Shown here one piece after another: positions 10,448 through 21,316 of a DNA stretch of 64,000 nt. The position numbers and the translations under genes were made by a program. Source of the stretch: Kiritimatiellia bacterium. Lineage in GTDB: Bacteria > Verrucomicrobiota > Kiritimatiellia > JAAZAB01. Location: the NCBI GenBank assembly GCA_040767085.1, contig JAXGPF010000007.1, positions 32,001 through 96,000 on the forward strand, written 5' to 3'. The notes beneath the pieces were generated by a model. That model had not been told where the DNA came from and searched no databases. It saw nothing but the letters and a program-made list of their open reading frames with translations. Position 1 is the stretch's first letter, and the number at the start of each line of letters is the position of its first letter.

Positions 10448-11517
10448 CCTAATACACCTGGAGAATTTATTGGAACACTTGCTAAATATTCCCAGTTATG
10501 ACCGTCATAACGATAAAGCGGCGTATCATCGTTTTTACAACCGCCATAACTCATCGCATATATTCCATCCCTAAGGACGGCCAGATTCATATCGCTCCTA
10601 TTTTCGGGATATTGTGGCACTGCAAACCATGTTATTCCATCATAACCATATTCATGATTACTTGCGCTGCGCCCGCCCATGGTTACACCGCCAATAATAT
10701 ATATTACGTCATTCCATACACCCGCGCTCATAAATGCACGCGGTTCAGGCAAGCTGTTTGTTTCAATCCATTTCACTCCATCATAACAGAACACATTTGA
10801 ACGTATGAGCATTCCACCCACTCCACCAATCGCATAAAACAGGCCTCTATACTCACATGCCGCCAAGCAGGCTCGCCCGCCGTCTATGCTTTTAATTGGC
10901 AATGACTGCACCTCGGTCCACTTATTTCCATCATACCTATATACATTCGTACTCTCACCGCCTCCTACTGCATACAACATATTACTTAACACGCCTGCCG
11001 CCATATTAGATCGTGGCTCAGGCAATCCAGGCACCTCTGTCCATTTTATTCCATCACAACAGAACACATTGGTTTTATCTTCACCCCTATCGATACCGCC
11101 AATAATATATATTTTATTATTATAGGTAGCCACAGCCATGCCATAACGCGGTTCTGGCAAACCATCTACTTCAATCCAGGCATTAATTTCTTTTGGTTTT
11201 ATTTTAATTATTCTATCATGTTTTATAATAATAGTAATAATGCATAACACAACAATGGTGATCAACATATACTTTACCATCAATTTATTAAGTTTGCATA
11301 TATTACACATAATATTCTTTGTTAATAGTTCTTATATAATATTTCGCGGGGATGGGTCTTTGAGTCAAGGTTTGAGTCATCAGTCCTGTAATAATATTTA
11401 ATATTACGATGGCCGTTCAGAACCAAGAGTTTGGAGGTTAGACAATTTGACGATTTACACCTCCTGGTCGACCAACTTCTGATCCGATTCCAACAATCTG
11501 CAAACTGACCAAGTTGG

Positions 11518-11760
11518 TCAGATCATAGGCCATGCCCGCCGATAGTTTATGGGGAGCCGGGTCTTGACCCCGAAATATCCTTCGGCACCCACGATTTCGC
11601 TCCGGGTGTTGTAGCCGTAGTGGTAAAATGTCGGGCCAGCGGGGTCGAACGCCGTCCCGCTGTATTTTACGCCTATTCTACGCCCTGCCGCGTCATTGAA
11701 GTAATCATAACGAGAGATGGTGTTGGTGTCAAAGGTGCTTTTAACACTTTTAGCACTAAA
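11518..11760 (-). pseudogene. RHS/YD-repeat gene fragment
   Basis: Hand translation: ...FDTNTISRYDYFNDAAGRRIGVKYSGTAF...YHYGYNTRSEIVGA; Y-x-N/YD-x-x-GRR and YGYN-x-RSE repeat pattern; no plausible start codon seen. Confidence 0.65.
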
Positions 11761-12072
11761 ATGACGTGGGGCGCATCTGCGATTCGTTGACTTACCGCCT
11801 TTTAGGAGTGCGCCCGGCTACGACGGATTTGACGGTTTTAAACGCATGCCTATCAAAAGCACAGATCGAGCCTGCGCACTCCAAGGCACTGCGCGGCCAA
11901 AGACATTGCGCAATCAATCAACTGCGTTGCCGGCGCCTGCTTGCTACAACGAATCGCAAATCCGGCCCCGTCCAGACAAATGCCAACAATCGGCTTGCAA
12001 AGACTGAAAAACAATCTAAACTATCTTTTTTGTCGTGAGTGAATTACCGCAACCAAAGGAGCATACATCACC

Positions 12073-13038
12073 ATGCATGAAATCCTGCAGCAGATAGAAG
12101 AATTCGGGCTCGTGCCCATGATCAAGATTGACCAGGCCAAGGACGCCGTGCCGCTGGCCAAGGCGCTCAGCGATGGCGGACTGCCGGTGGCGGAAGTCAC
12201 GTTCCGCACCGCGGCGGCCGAGGAAGCCATCCGCAATATCGCCTCCGCCCTGCCGGAGGTCCTGATTGGCGCCGGCACCGTGACCAACGTGGCGCAGGCG
12301 GAAAAGGCGGTCAAGGCCGGGGCCAAATTCATCGTCACCCCGGGCTTCAGTTCCGCCGTGGTCAAATTCTGCGTGGACAACAAAATCCCCGTCACCCCCG
12401 GCATTGCCACGCCGACGGAAATCCAGATGGCCCTGGATCATGGCGTGGATACGGTCAAATTTTTCCCGGCGGACGCCTTTGGCGGGCTGAAAACCTTGAA
12501 AGCCATGAGCGCGCCCTACAGCATGGTCAAGTTCATCCCCACCGGCGGGATCAGCGCGGCCAACCTGGCCGAATATATCATGTTTCCCAAGGTGCTGGCC
12601 TGCGGCGGCAGTTGGCTGGCCAAGGACGAATTGATCAAGGCCGGCCAATTCGGCGAAATCACGCGCATCACCCGCGCGGCCATGGATATTGTGCTGGGAT
12701 TCGAATTCGCCCATGTCGGGTTAAATCTGCCGGACGCCGACGCCGCGCTGGGCCTGGCGCGGCAGTTTTCCGAGTTGTTCCGCTTCCCCCTGAAGGAAGG
12801 CAATAGTTCCAACTTCGCCGGCGCCGGCCTGGAAATCAACAAGCGCCCGGGTCGCGGCGCGCACGGGCACATCGCCGTGACCACCAACAGCATACCGCGG
12901 GCGCTGGCTTACCTGCGGCGCCGCGGCGTGGCGGTCAACATGGACAGCGCCAAGCAGGATGCCGCCGGCAAGCTGGCGGCGGTGTACCTGAAGGATGAAT
13001 TCGGCGGGTTTGCCGCGCACCTGCTGCAACGTAAATAG
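12073..13038 (+). CDS. eda: KDPG/KHG aldolase with C-terminal extra domain
   Basis: AEVTFRT, IGAGTV, KFFPA, FIPTGG, ACGGSW motifs. Confidence 0.93.
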   Translation: MHEILQQIEEFGLVPMIKIDQAKDAVPLAKALSDGGLPVAEVTFRTAAAEEAIRNIASALPEVLIGAGTVTNVAQAEKAVKAGAKFIVTPGFSSAVVKFCVDNKIPVTPGIATPTEIQMALDHGVDTVKFFPADAFGGLKTLKAMSAPYSMVKFIPTGGISAANLAEYIMFPKVLACGGSWLAKDELIKAGQFGEITRITRAAMDIVLGFEFAHVGLNLPDADAALGLARQFSELFRFPLKEGNSSNFAGAGLEINKRPGRGAHGHIAVTTNSIPRALAYLRRRGVAVNMDSAKQDAAGKLAAVYLKDEFGGFAAHLLQRK

Positions 13039-13049
13039 GAGCATTGAAT

Positions 13050-14081
13050 ATGAAAAAACGCATCGTCAGTTTCGGCGAAATCATGCTGCGCTTGAAGGCG
13101 CCCGGCTTCGAACGCCTGTTCCAATCGCCGATGCTGGAAGCCACTTTCGGCGGCGGCGAAGCCAATGTGGCGGTCTCGCTGGCTAACTTCGGCATGGATG
13201 CCTCGTTCGTCTCCGTCCTGCCTGACAATCCGATTGCCAATGCCTGCCTGGCCGAACTGCGCAAATTCGGCGTTGACACTTCCATGGTGGTCCGCGGCGC
13301 CGGGCGCATGGGGATTTATTACCTGGAAAACGGCGCCAACCAGCGCCCTTCCACGGTGGTGTACGACCGCGCGCATTCGGCCCTGGCGCTGGCCCGGCCG
13401 GGATGCCTTGACTGGCCGGCCGTCTTCAAAGGCGCCGGCTGGTTCCACATCAGCGGCATCACGCCGGCGATCAGCCAGTCCGCCGCCGACTTGTCGCTGG
13501 AAGCGGTGCAGGCGGCCAAGCAGGCGGGGCTGACGGTTTCCTGCGATTTCAATTACCGCGCCAAGCTGTGGAAATACGGCAAAAGCGCCCCGGAAGTCAT
13601 GCGCGAAATTGTCCGCTATACCGATGTCGGTATCGCCAACGAGGAGGATTGCCAGCGCTCGCTGGGCATTGCGGTGGAAACCAGGGTGGAAAATGGCGAA
13701 CTGGACGCCGGCCAATACCGGACGTTGGCGGAACATGTGCTCGAGGCCTTCCCCGATCTCCGCCTGATCGCCATCACCTTGCGCGAAAGCAAAAGCGCCG
13801 ACCATAACGGGTGGTCGGCCTGCCTGCACGACCGCCGTCAATTTTACCTGAGCCGCAAGTACGCCATCACGGATATTGTGGACCGCGTGGGCGGCGGCGA
13901 TGCCTTCGCGGCCGGCTTGATTTACGGACTGGTTTCCCGGAACCAGCCGGAACAGGCGCTGAATTTCGCCGTGGCGGCCAGTTGCCTGAAGCATTCCATC
14001 AGCGGCGATTTCAACCGGGTCAGCGTCAGCGAAGTAGAAAAACTGGCCGGCGGCGACGCTTCCGGCCGCGTGCAACGTTAA
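13050..14081 (+). CDS. kdgK: 2-keto-3-deoxygluconate kinase (PfkB family)
   Basis: [34 protein letters not shown]; follows eda. Confidence 0.9.
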   Translation: MKKRIVSFGEIMLRLKAPGFERLFQSPMLEATFGGGEANVAVSLANFGMDASFVSVLPDNPIANACLAELRKFGVDTSMVVRGAGRMGIYYLENGANQRPSTVVYDRAHSALALARPGCLDWPAVFKGAGWFHISGITPAISQSAADLSLEAVQAAKQAGLTVSCDFNYRAKLWKYGKSAPEVMREIVRYTDVGIANEEDCQRSLGIAVETRVENGELDAGQYRTLAEHVLEAFPDLRLIAITLRESKSADHNGWSACLHDRRQFYLSRKYAITDIVDRVGGGDAFAAGLIYGLVSRNQPEQALNFAVAASCLKHSISGDFNRVSVSEVEKLAGGDASGRVQR

Positions 14082-14109
14082 AGTTCGCAACCAACGAAAG
14101 GAACATGCC

Positions 14110-14559
14110 ATGTTGAAACGTTTATCCATCTGCGCTTGTGCGGCGGCGGCCGTCCTGGCGGCGTCCGCGGAACAGTCGCCGCCGGACCGCGCCAGCCAAC
14201 CGGAACCGCCGGCCCCGGCAGTGCAACCGGCCATGCCGCCGGCGATGTTTCAGCCGGTGGCCATCGACCCCGAACTGGTGCGCCAGAGCATGCAGGCGCG
14301 CGCCGAATTGGACCGGCTGAACCGCGCCATCAACGCCCGCCGGAACGCGCTTTTCGAGGGCAACGATGAATTGAAAGCGCTGCAGGCGGAAATGCGCGGA
14401 CTCCAGGAGCAAATTGACGGCATCCTGAAAAACGACGCGACCTTGCAGGAACTGCAGGCCAAGCAGCGGGAGATTGCCCCCGAATTGCCGGCCGGCGCCC
14501 GCGCCTTTCCGATGGCGCCTAAACCGCCGGCCGCCGTGACTGCTCCTGACAATGAATAG
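14110..14559 (+). CDS. Exported coiled-coil hypothetical protein
   Basis: Signal peptide, Pro-rich linker, heptad-like central region; AAAGGA RBS. Confidence 0.7.
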   Translation: MLKRLSICACAAAAVLAASAEQSPPDRASQPEPPAPAVQPAMPPAMFQPVAIDPELVRQSMQARAELDRLNRAINARRNALFEGNDELKALQAEMRGLQEQIDGILKNDATLQELQAKQREIAPELPAGARAFPMAPKPPAAVTAPDNE

Positions 14560-14568
14560 CGTGGCGCC

Positions 14569-15378
14569 ATGTTCACGGAAAACACCGCGGTGCTCAACCA
14601 CGATGCGCTCGGCAACGGCTATCACCTGCTGAAGCTGAAATCACGGAAAATTGCGCCGGAGGTCCAGCCGGGACAATTCGTGCATTTGCGCGTGCCCGAT
14701 CTGGGCGAGGCGGTGCTCCGGCGGCCGTTCAGCGTGTATAAAACCGATGCCGACAGCCTGACGATCCTCTACCGGGAAGTCGGTGTGGGCACCCGCCGCA
14801 TGCGCCAGTTGCGCGCGGGCGACCGGCTGAGCCTGCTCGGCCCGCTGGGACACGGATTCCCGCCGGTCGCCCCGGGCAAGTTCCCCGTTTTGGTGGCCGG
14901 CGGATACGGCCTGGCGGCGCTCTACATGACCGCGGCGCGCGCGCCGGCGCCGGGGCTGGTCTGCGTGGGCGGCGCCACGGACCGCGATATCCTGTGCCTG
15001 GATGATTTCGAGCAGTTGAACTGGGAAACGCGCGTGGCGACGGAAGACGGCTCGGCGGGGGACCAGGGATTGGTGACGGATATTCTCGCGCGCTGGCTGG
15101 CCGCGGAAACCGCCGGCCGCGTTCCGGAAATATACGCCTGCGGCCCAAACGGCATGTTGCGCGCCGTCAGCGAACTGGCGGGCCGGTTGGGATACCAGGC
15201 CTGGGTCTCCATGGATCGCAACCTGGGCTGCGGCCTGGGAGCATGCCTGGCCTGCGTGCAGAAGGTGCGCCGGCGCGAAGGCGGACGGGAAACATGGCAA
15301 TGGGCGCGCATCTGCACCGAGGGCCCGGTATTTGACGCGCGCGATATCGCCTGGACGGAAACATCGGATCATGCATAA
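14569..15378 (+). CDS. pyrK: Dihydroorotate dehydrogenase electron transfer subunit
   Basis: PGQFV, LRRPFS, GPLGHGF, YACGP, CGLGACLAC...C [2Fe-2S] motif. Confidence 0.92.
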   Translation: MFTENTAVLNHDALGNGYHLLKLKSRKIAPEVQPGQFVHLRVPDLGEAVLRRPFSVYKTDADSLTILYREVGVGTRRMRQLRAGDRLSLLGPLGHGFPPVAPGKFPVLVAGGYGLAALYMTAARAPAPGLVCVGGATDRDILCLDDFEQLNWETRVATEDGSAGDQGLVTDILARWLAAETAGRVPEIYACGPNGMLRAVSELAGRLGYQAWVSMDRNLGCGLGACLACVQKVRRREGGRETWQWARICTEGPVFDARDIAWTETSDHA

Positions 15379-16303
15379 ACCCAATACCACCGTCACGCTG
15401 GCCGGCATCGCCATGAAAAATCCGGTCATGCCCGCTTCCGGCACGTTCGGCTACGGCCCGGAATTCGCGGGCGTCTTCGACCTGAACCTCCTGGGCGCCA
15501 TGGTGGTCAAGGGGATCAGCCTGGAGCCGGTAGCGGGCAACCCTACCCCGCGCATGGTCGAAACGCCAGCGGGCCTGCTGAATGCCATCGGTTTGCAGAA
15601 CCCTGGATGCGCGGCCTTTATCCGGGATTACCTGCCGTTTCTGCGGCAGTACCAGGTGCCGCTGATCGTCAACATCTGGGGCCGGACCCTGGAAGAATAC
15701 GCCGAGGTTGCCCGGCGCTTGAATGACGCGCCCGGTGTTCATGGGCTGGAATTGAACATTTCCTGCCCCAACATCAAGGCCGGCGGCATCGGCTTCGGCG
15801 TGCGCCCGGACCTGGCCCGCCAGGTCATTACCGCCGTCCGCCAGGCTGTCCGACTGCCTTTGATCGTTAAACTGCCGCCGCATTTGTTCGAAATGGCAGC
15901 CTACGCGCGGCTGGCGGAGGAATGCGGCGCCAATGCCCTTTCCATCACCAATTCCCTGCCGGCAATGACCGTGGATGTCGAAACCCGCCGGCCGACGCTG
16001 GCCAACGTCACCGGCGGATTGACCGGGCCGGCGATTTATCCGGTGGCCTTGAAACTGGTCTGGGAGGCGGCGCGGGCAACTTCTATCCCGATTATCGGCA
16101 TGGGCGGCATCGCCTCGGCGCGGGAAGCCCTGGCCTTCATCATGGCGGGCGCAACGGCCGTGGCGGTGGGCACGGCCAACTTCACCGATCCCGAAACCAT
16201 CCCCAAAGTCATCCAGGGGGTAGAAGACTACCTGGTCCGACATAACCTGCCCGATATTGCCGCCCTGCGGGGAACCCTGCGGACGGAGATGTCCGCGCAA
16301 TGA
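15371..16303 (+). CDS. pyrD: Dihydroorotate dehydrogenase B catalytic subunit
   Basis: KNPVMPASGTFG, NAIGLQNPG, ELNISCPN, IIGMGGI. Confidence 0.95.
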   Translation: MHKPNTTVTLAGIAMKNPVMPASGTFGYGPEFAGVFDLNLLGAMVVKGISLEPVAGNPTPRMVETPAGLLNAIGLQNPGCAAFIRDYLPFLRQYQVPLIVNIWGRTLEEYAEVARRLNDAPGVHGLELNISCPNIKAGGIGFGVRPDLARQVITAVRQAVRLPLIVKLPPHLFEMAAYARLAEECGANALSITNSLPAMTVDVETRRPTLANVTGGLTGPAIYPVALKLVWEAARATSIPIIGMGGIASAREALAFIMAGATAVAVGTANFTDPETIPKVIQGVEDYLVRHNLPDIAALRGTLRTEMSAQ

Positions 16304-17895
16304 CGCCGCCAATGCCAAACAGCAAGAGTCTGCGCGGGCGCCGCCTGGCAGTCCTGGTTTTACTGCCGGCATTGCTGGCCTTGACCTTGTTCTGCATCCT
16401 GCGGATGCCCTGCGACCCGCGGCGGCTGCACCAATGCGTCCCATCTTCCGCCGTCCTGGTCAGCGCGCATCATAACCTGGCGGCGCGTTACGAAGAACTC
16501 GCCACTAATGCCTTCCTGCGGCCGATGCTGCAAGCCGCGGGCTTGAATCCCGCCAACCTGAGCCCCGCCAATGCCCGGCGCCTGCGGTATTGCGCGCCAT
16601 ATATCGCCGGCCGTGAAACCCTGATGGCCTGGGCGCCCCGGATGCATGGCAACGGGCAACCCGGATTGATCCTGGTTTCCTGGATGGGGCGCGCCGGGCT
16701 GGCCGCGCGCTGGTGGCTGGAATTGCGCGCGCCCGCTCAATTGCAACGGCAGCCGGCTTATGCCGGGCATTCCATCTGGATGGCCGCCCAGCCGGTTAAT
16801 CCTGCCGGCTGGCGCCTGGCTTTCGCCATCCACGAGGGCATCCTGATCGCGCTGGTCTCACCGGACCCGGCGGGGATCAAGGAAGTCATTCAGACCGCCG
16901 AACGCTTGCGGCGGCCCGCCGACGCGCTGGCCAACCCCGATTTCCTGGCGCTCCCGCCGGAAACCGCGGACCGCTTCTGGCTGCGCCAACCCGGCGCGGC
17001 GGCGGCGGTTAACGCCATCAAACCTGGCTTGTTCAGCGCCGCCATCCATGCCGCCGCTTGGCTGCCGTCAGACACGGCCAGCCTGCAGCCAGCGGACCTG
17101 CAGCCCATGGCGAACCTGCTGGGCGACCGGCCGGTCATGGCGGCCGTTTTGCCCGCCCGGTCCGCCGGCCAACTGCTCTCGTTGCACCCGGCCCTGCAGG
17201 AGTGGGATGACCTGCTGCTGACGCCGCCGGACGGCGGCCGCCCGGATGGCGCCCTGGGTTTGGCGCTGCTTACCGGCGGCGATGGCGGCGGGCTCGGACT
17301 GGGCCCTTGGCGCATCAGTATCCCGGCCCTCATCGGCTTTATCCCTATCCGGAATCCCGCTGAAGGCCAGGCCATGGTGAAACAGACGCTGGACCGCCTG
17401 AATGCCAGCTATAAGCTGGGTTTAATTGCCGATGCCGGCGCCAATTTGCCTGACCAAGCCACTGCAAAAATATTCACGATCGAACCGACAACCGATAACT
17501 TCCTGGCGCGCCTGGCGCCGGAAGACCGTCCCGCCTATGCAATCCTCGACCGCTGGCTTTTATTCAGCAGCAATGCCGGGGCCCTGGCCCGGCGGTTCGC
17601 GCCGCCGCCCCAGGACGGCCAAACCAGCGCACGCTGGCATCAGGCCGCGAGCGCCGCGCCTTGCGCCGGCATGCTCTGGCTGGATCTCCCCCGCGCCATA
17701 CCCGCCATACAATCCGGATTAACCGCCTGGACGCTGCATCTGCGCGCGCCGGGACGGGTGGATCCGCCCGGCTGGCTCCAGATTTTACGTCAATGGCTGG
17801 ATGAATTGCGCGTCATGGAAACCGCTTGCATCCGCCTGATGCCCGGTCAGCCGACGGTCCTGGTGGACATCAGCGCCGGGAAGGATGCCGATTAA
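16300..17895 (+). CDS. Membrane-anchored hypothetical protein
   Basis: 531-aa ORF overlapping the pyrD stop (ATGA); N-terminal hydrophobic helix. Confidence 0.7.
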   Translation: MTPPMPNSKSLRGRRLAVLVLLPALLALTLFCILRMPCDPRRLHQCVPSSAVLVSAHHNLAARYEELATNAFLRPMLQAAGLNPANLSPANARRLRYCAPYIAGRETLMAWAPRMHGNGQPGLILVSWMGRAGLAARWWLELRAPAQLQRQPAYAGHSIWMAAQPVNPAGWRLAFAIHEGILIALVSPDPAGIKEVIQTAERLRRPADALANPDFLALPPETADRFWLRQPGAAAAVNAIKPGLFSAAIHAAAWLPSDTASLQPADLQPMANLLGDRPVMAAVLPARSAGQLLSLHPALQEWDDLLLTPPDGGRPDGALGLALLTGGDGGGLGLGPWRISIPALIGFIPIRNPAEGQAMVKQTLDRLNASYKLGLIADAGANLPDQATAKIFTIEPTTDNFLARLAPEDRPAYAILDRWLLFSSNAGALARRFAPPPQDGQTSARWHQAASAAPCAGMLWLDLPRAIPAIQSGLTAWTLHLRAPGRVDPPGWLQILRQWLDELRVMETACIRLMPGQPTVLVDISAGKDAD

Positions 17896-17994
17896 ATGCG
17901 CGCGTCGGGAATAATTTTCGCCCATCTGAAAACTAAACGAAAACCATTGACCGGCAAGCGCTGAAACGATATTCTAAAGATCAGTTTTTAACGG

Positions 17995-20964
17995 ATGAAA
18001 GACAAGAACATGCAACAAATTTCCAGTGAAGCCAAGACAAGTTCCCCCGGCGCCGCGGCGGCCCAGTCCACCAGACGTCCGGCGCCTTTTTTTCTGCGGG
18101 ACGACTGGATTGTATTCCTGATCACGTTCCTGGGCGCCGCGGGATTTTACGCTTACACCCAGGCGCCTACCGTAACCCTGGAAGATTCCGGCGAACTGGT
18201 GGTGGCGGCGGATTATCTGGGCGTCCCGCATCCTCCCGGCTATCCGCTCTGGACGATTATCGCCTGGATTTTCACCAGGATTTTCAGTTTCGTGAAATAC
18301 TACGGCCAACCCAATCCGGCCTGGGGTGTGAACTTCTGTTCGGGCGTTTTCGGCGCCCTGACTTGCGCCGCGGCGGCCATGCTGGTATCGCGCGTCGGCC
18401 GCAACTTCCCCGCGCCCGGCGCCGATCCGGCGGACGACCGCGAACCCGGCATGATCCAGCGTCTGATCGGGGCCGCCGCCGGCCTGGCGGCCGGCGGGTT
18501 GCTGGCGTTTAACAGCCTCTTCTGGTCCCAGTCGGTGATCGCCGAAGTTTACACCATCAACGCGTTCCTGCACATATTGGTGCTGCTTTTGGCCGGGATG
18601 TGGATTTACCGGTCCAAGGATAACCGCATTCTTTACTGGCTCTCGTTCATCTTCGGTTTGAGCATCACCAACTGCCAGCCGATCATTTTCCTGGGCCCCG
18701 CCATGCTGGTGGTTTTCTTCTGCACTGACCGGCCTCTTTTCCGGGACCTGATGGCGCTTGGCCTGTTTGCCATCGGCGGCTATCTGCTCTACACGGCCCA
18801 GCAGCCCGCGCCCGGCGGCGGCCCGGCCCCCGCGCACACGCTCAAGACCATCATTGCGATTTTGATGCTGGCCGCGCCGGGCGGTATCTGGCTGCTTTCC
18901 CGCAAACTGCTGACGGAGTGGCGCCGCATCATCATCATGGCGTTGTGTTTCGCGCTGGGGCTGTCGTTTTTCATTTACATGCCGATCGCCTCGGAATTCA
19001 ACCCACCCATGAACTGGGGCTATCCGCGCACGTGGGAAGGTTTTAAGCACGCCGTCTCCCGCGGGCAGTACCAGGCGCTCACCCCGGCGTTGAATTTGAA
19101 GGATTTTTCCCGCCAGTTTATCATGTACCTGCGCGAGTTGGAAATCCAGTTTACCTTCCTTATGGCGTTGGCCGGCATCCTCTGGGTTTTCATCCTGCGC
19201 CGCGTGCGCCATTGCGACCGGGTCTGGCTGGCCACCCTGACGGTCGCCTTCCTGGTGCTCAGCATCGGCATGATGGTCTTCCTCAACCCCGCGCACGATG
19301 TCCAGTCCATGTTCATTGCCCGGGTGCAGTTGGTGCAGGCGGCGGCGGTTTACACGATTTTTATCGGTTACGGACTGGTGACGGTTCTGCAGTCCTGCAC
19401 CGCCGCCCTGGCCGGCAGGCTGCGCCGGCCATTGCTCGCCCTCCTGCTGGCGCTGGCGGCGCTGTCGCCGCTGGCGCTGCTGCACAAAAATTATGCCGAC
19501 GAGGAACTCGTGCGCAACTACGGCGGCGCAGAACTCCGCGAACACGATTTCGGCTGGCAATTCGGCAATTACCAACTCCGCGGCGTTGAGGCGATTATCG
19601 AGGAGCTGGCCCAGGGCGAGGAGCCGCCCCCCAACCCCGCCTACCCGCCGCCGATGGGATCCAATGCCGTCTTTTACGGCGGCACCGACCCGGGGCGTTT
19701 CGTCCCGACCTACATGATCTATTCCGCCCTGGTGCGCCCGGACGTGTTTCTGATTACGCAAAACGCCCTGGCGGACAACACCTACATGAACGTCATGCGC
19801 GACCTCTACGGCGACCAGATCTGGATTCCCACGCCGCAGGATGTCAACGCGGCGTTTCAATCCTATGTCCAGGACGTGCAGGCGGGGCGGATTCCACCGA
19901 GCGCTTCGATCGTCATCGATCCCAGCGGCAAGGTCAGCGTGCAGGGCGTGCAGGGTGTCATGGAAATCAACGGCATCATCAGCAAGATGATTTTCGAGTA
20001 CAATAAATGGCGCCATGCCTTTTACGTTGAGGAAAGTTATGTCATCGCCTGGATGTATCCCTACATGGAGCCGCACGGCCTGATCCTGAAGATCAACAAC
20101 GAGCCCCTGCCCGGCCTGACTCCGGAAATGGTTAAAAACGACATGGATTTCTGGGATTGGTACACGCGGCGGCTGCTGGCCAGCGAAAAATTCCAGCGCG
20201 ATGTCACCGCCCGCAAATCGTTTTCCAAGCTGCGCTGCGCCATTGCCGGACTGTATGCCTGGCGGCGCATGTTCGACGAGGCGGAAATCGCGTTCCGCCA
20301 GGCGGTCGATCTCTGCCCGCTCAGCCCGGAGGCCAATTTCCGCATGGCGGACTTCTACCTGCAGCTCGGCCGGCACGGCGACGCGCTGCAATTGCTGGAA
20401 GCGAATTTGAAGCTCGATCCGCGCAACGATAAAATTTCCGGGTTCATGAATCAAATCCGCGAAATGGAGCAGATGCATCGCCGGGCCGTGGAACTGCAGA
20501 ACGAGATCAGCCAGGGAACCGCGACGCTGGACGGCGTGTTCGAACTGGCCGCCATTTTCATGCGCATCGGGCGCGAACCGCAGTTCCTCGATCTCGCCCG
20601 GCAGATCATGCAAAACACCAACCTGCCCCCGCAAGCTTACCTGAAACTGGCCGAACTGGCCTCGCCCAACGCCTCGCCGGCGCGCCTGGACCTGATGCGC
20701 ACCGCCCTCGACCAGTACCTCCAGCGCGAACCGGCGAATGCCGGCGCCTGGAAGGAACTGGCCTGCATCCAGCTGGCCATGGGACAGCGGGACCAGGCCT
20801 TGCAGACACTGCGCCGCGCCGTCAAGGTGGGCGGCAACCCGCTGCGCGAAGCCCTGCGCCAGGATCAACGGCTCGCTCCGCTGCACACCAACCCGAGCTT
20901 CCAGCAGTTGCTGCAACCCGCCGCCGAGCCGGGATTCCACCCGATTCCGGGGCTGGTTTTTTGA
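17995..20964 (+). CDS. DUF2723 (TMEM260-like, GT-C fold) polytopic membrane protein with C-terminal TPRs
   Basis: APTVTLEDSGEL, LGVPHPPGYPL, WSQSVIAEVY, PPMNWG motifs; many TM helices; TPR-like C terminus. Confidence 0.85.
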   Translation: MKDKNMQQISSEAKTSSPGAAAAQSTRRPAPFFLRDDWIVFLITFLGAAGFYAYTQAPTVTLEDSGELVVAADYLGVPHPPGYPLWTIIAWIFTRIFSFVKYYGQPNPAWGVNFCSGVFGALTCAAAAMLVSRVGRNFPAPGADPADDREPGMIQRLIGAAAGLAAGGLLAFNSLFWSQSVIAEVYTINAFLHILVLLLAGMWIYRSKDNRILYWLSFIFGLSITNCQPIIFLGPAMLVVFFCTDRPLFRDLMALGLFAIGGYLLYTAQQPAPGGGPAPAHTLKTIIAILMLAAPGGIWLLSRKLLTEWRRIIIMALCFALGLSFFIYMPIASEFNPPMNWGYPRTWEGFKHAVSRGQYQALTPALNLKDFSRQFIMYLRELEIQFTFLMALAGILWVFILRRVRHCDRVWLATLTVAFLVLSIGMMVFLNPAHDVQSMFIARVQLVQAAAVYTIFIGYGLVTVLQSCTAALAGRLRRPLLALLLALAALSPLALLHKNYADEELVRNYGGAELREHDFGWQFGNYQLRGVEAIIEELAQGEEPPPNPAYPPPMGSNAVFYGGTDPGRFVPTYMIYSALVRPDVFLITQNALADNTYMNVMRDLYGDQIWIPTPQDVNAAFQSYVQDVQAGRIPPSASIVIDPSGKVSVQGVQGVMEINGIISKMIFEYNKWRHAFYVEESYVIAWMYPYMEPHGLILKINNEPLPGLTPEMVKNDMDFWDWYTRRLLASEKFQRDVTARKSFSKLRCAIAGLYAWRRMFDEAEIAFRQAVDLCPLSPEANFRMADFYLQLGRHGDALQLLEANLKLDPRNDKISGFMNQIREMEQMHRRAVELQNEISQGTATLDGVFELAAIFMRIGREPQFLDLARQIMQNTNLPPQAYLKLAELASPNASPARLDLMRTALDQYLQREPANAGAWKELACIQLAMGQRDQALQTLRRAVKVGGNPLREALRQDQRLAPLHTNPSFQQLLQPAAEPGFHPIPGLVF

Positions 20965-21009
20965 CGCCCGCCTCCGCGCCGCGCGGTGGGCTGCGTCATG
21001 CTCAGAACA

Positions 21010-21132
21010 GACGGCTCGGTACGGAGACCTCGCCCTACCTGGGAAATCTGCTGGAGGTAGGGCGACGTCTCCGACGGAGCCGTCCGGCAAAGCCGGACTC
21101 GGAGAGCTCGCCCACCTGGGAAATCTGCTGAA
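21010..21132. repeat. GTAG-type REP/BIME-like cluster
   Basis: Inverted pair GACGGCTCGGTACGGAGACCTCGCCCTACCT (21010-21040) / AGGTAGGGCGACGTCTCCGACGGAGCCGTC (21055-21084); third variant followed by the same linker CCTGGGAAATCTGCTG. Confidence 0.7.
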
Positions 21133-21316
21133 GGACGAGACCCCGCTCAAAACGGGTAAACCTCCGGCTTATCCCGCCTGGCGTAAGAGCGAGCCGCCGA
21201 GAATGACGCAGCCGTGGCCCCGCGCGGCTGCCGATTTTTTCTGTTTCGATTTTCCGGCAATTGTGTTAGTTTTATCGGGCAGCGGGTTTTATTCATCGAG
21301 CAGGGAGAGACCGCAT

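Larger units (their letters stand above)
8501..11310 (-). pseudogene. Low-GC Kelch-repeat membrane-anchored protein interrupted by IS1380
   Basis: Kelch repeats (IYIIGG, LYAVGG, FYAIGG, LPEPR) in 10448-11310; frame continues in 8501-8606 (GVLNDEIYSIGG...AKKK*) once the IS and one target copy are removed. Confidence 0.85.

Noticed and set aside
17974-21150. 1058-aa minus-strand ORF (likewise 28425-31052, 21805-23487, 25984-27597, 56749-58281)
   Set aside because: Antisense shadows of well-supported genes in high-GC DNA; no recognisable motifs
20738-21316. Long N-terminal extension of NifU in the ORF track
   Set aside because: Overlaps the upstream gene and the REP cluster; the conserved NifU start is MWEYTDKV at 21317
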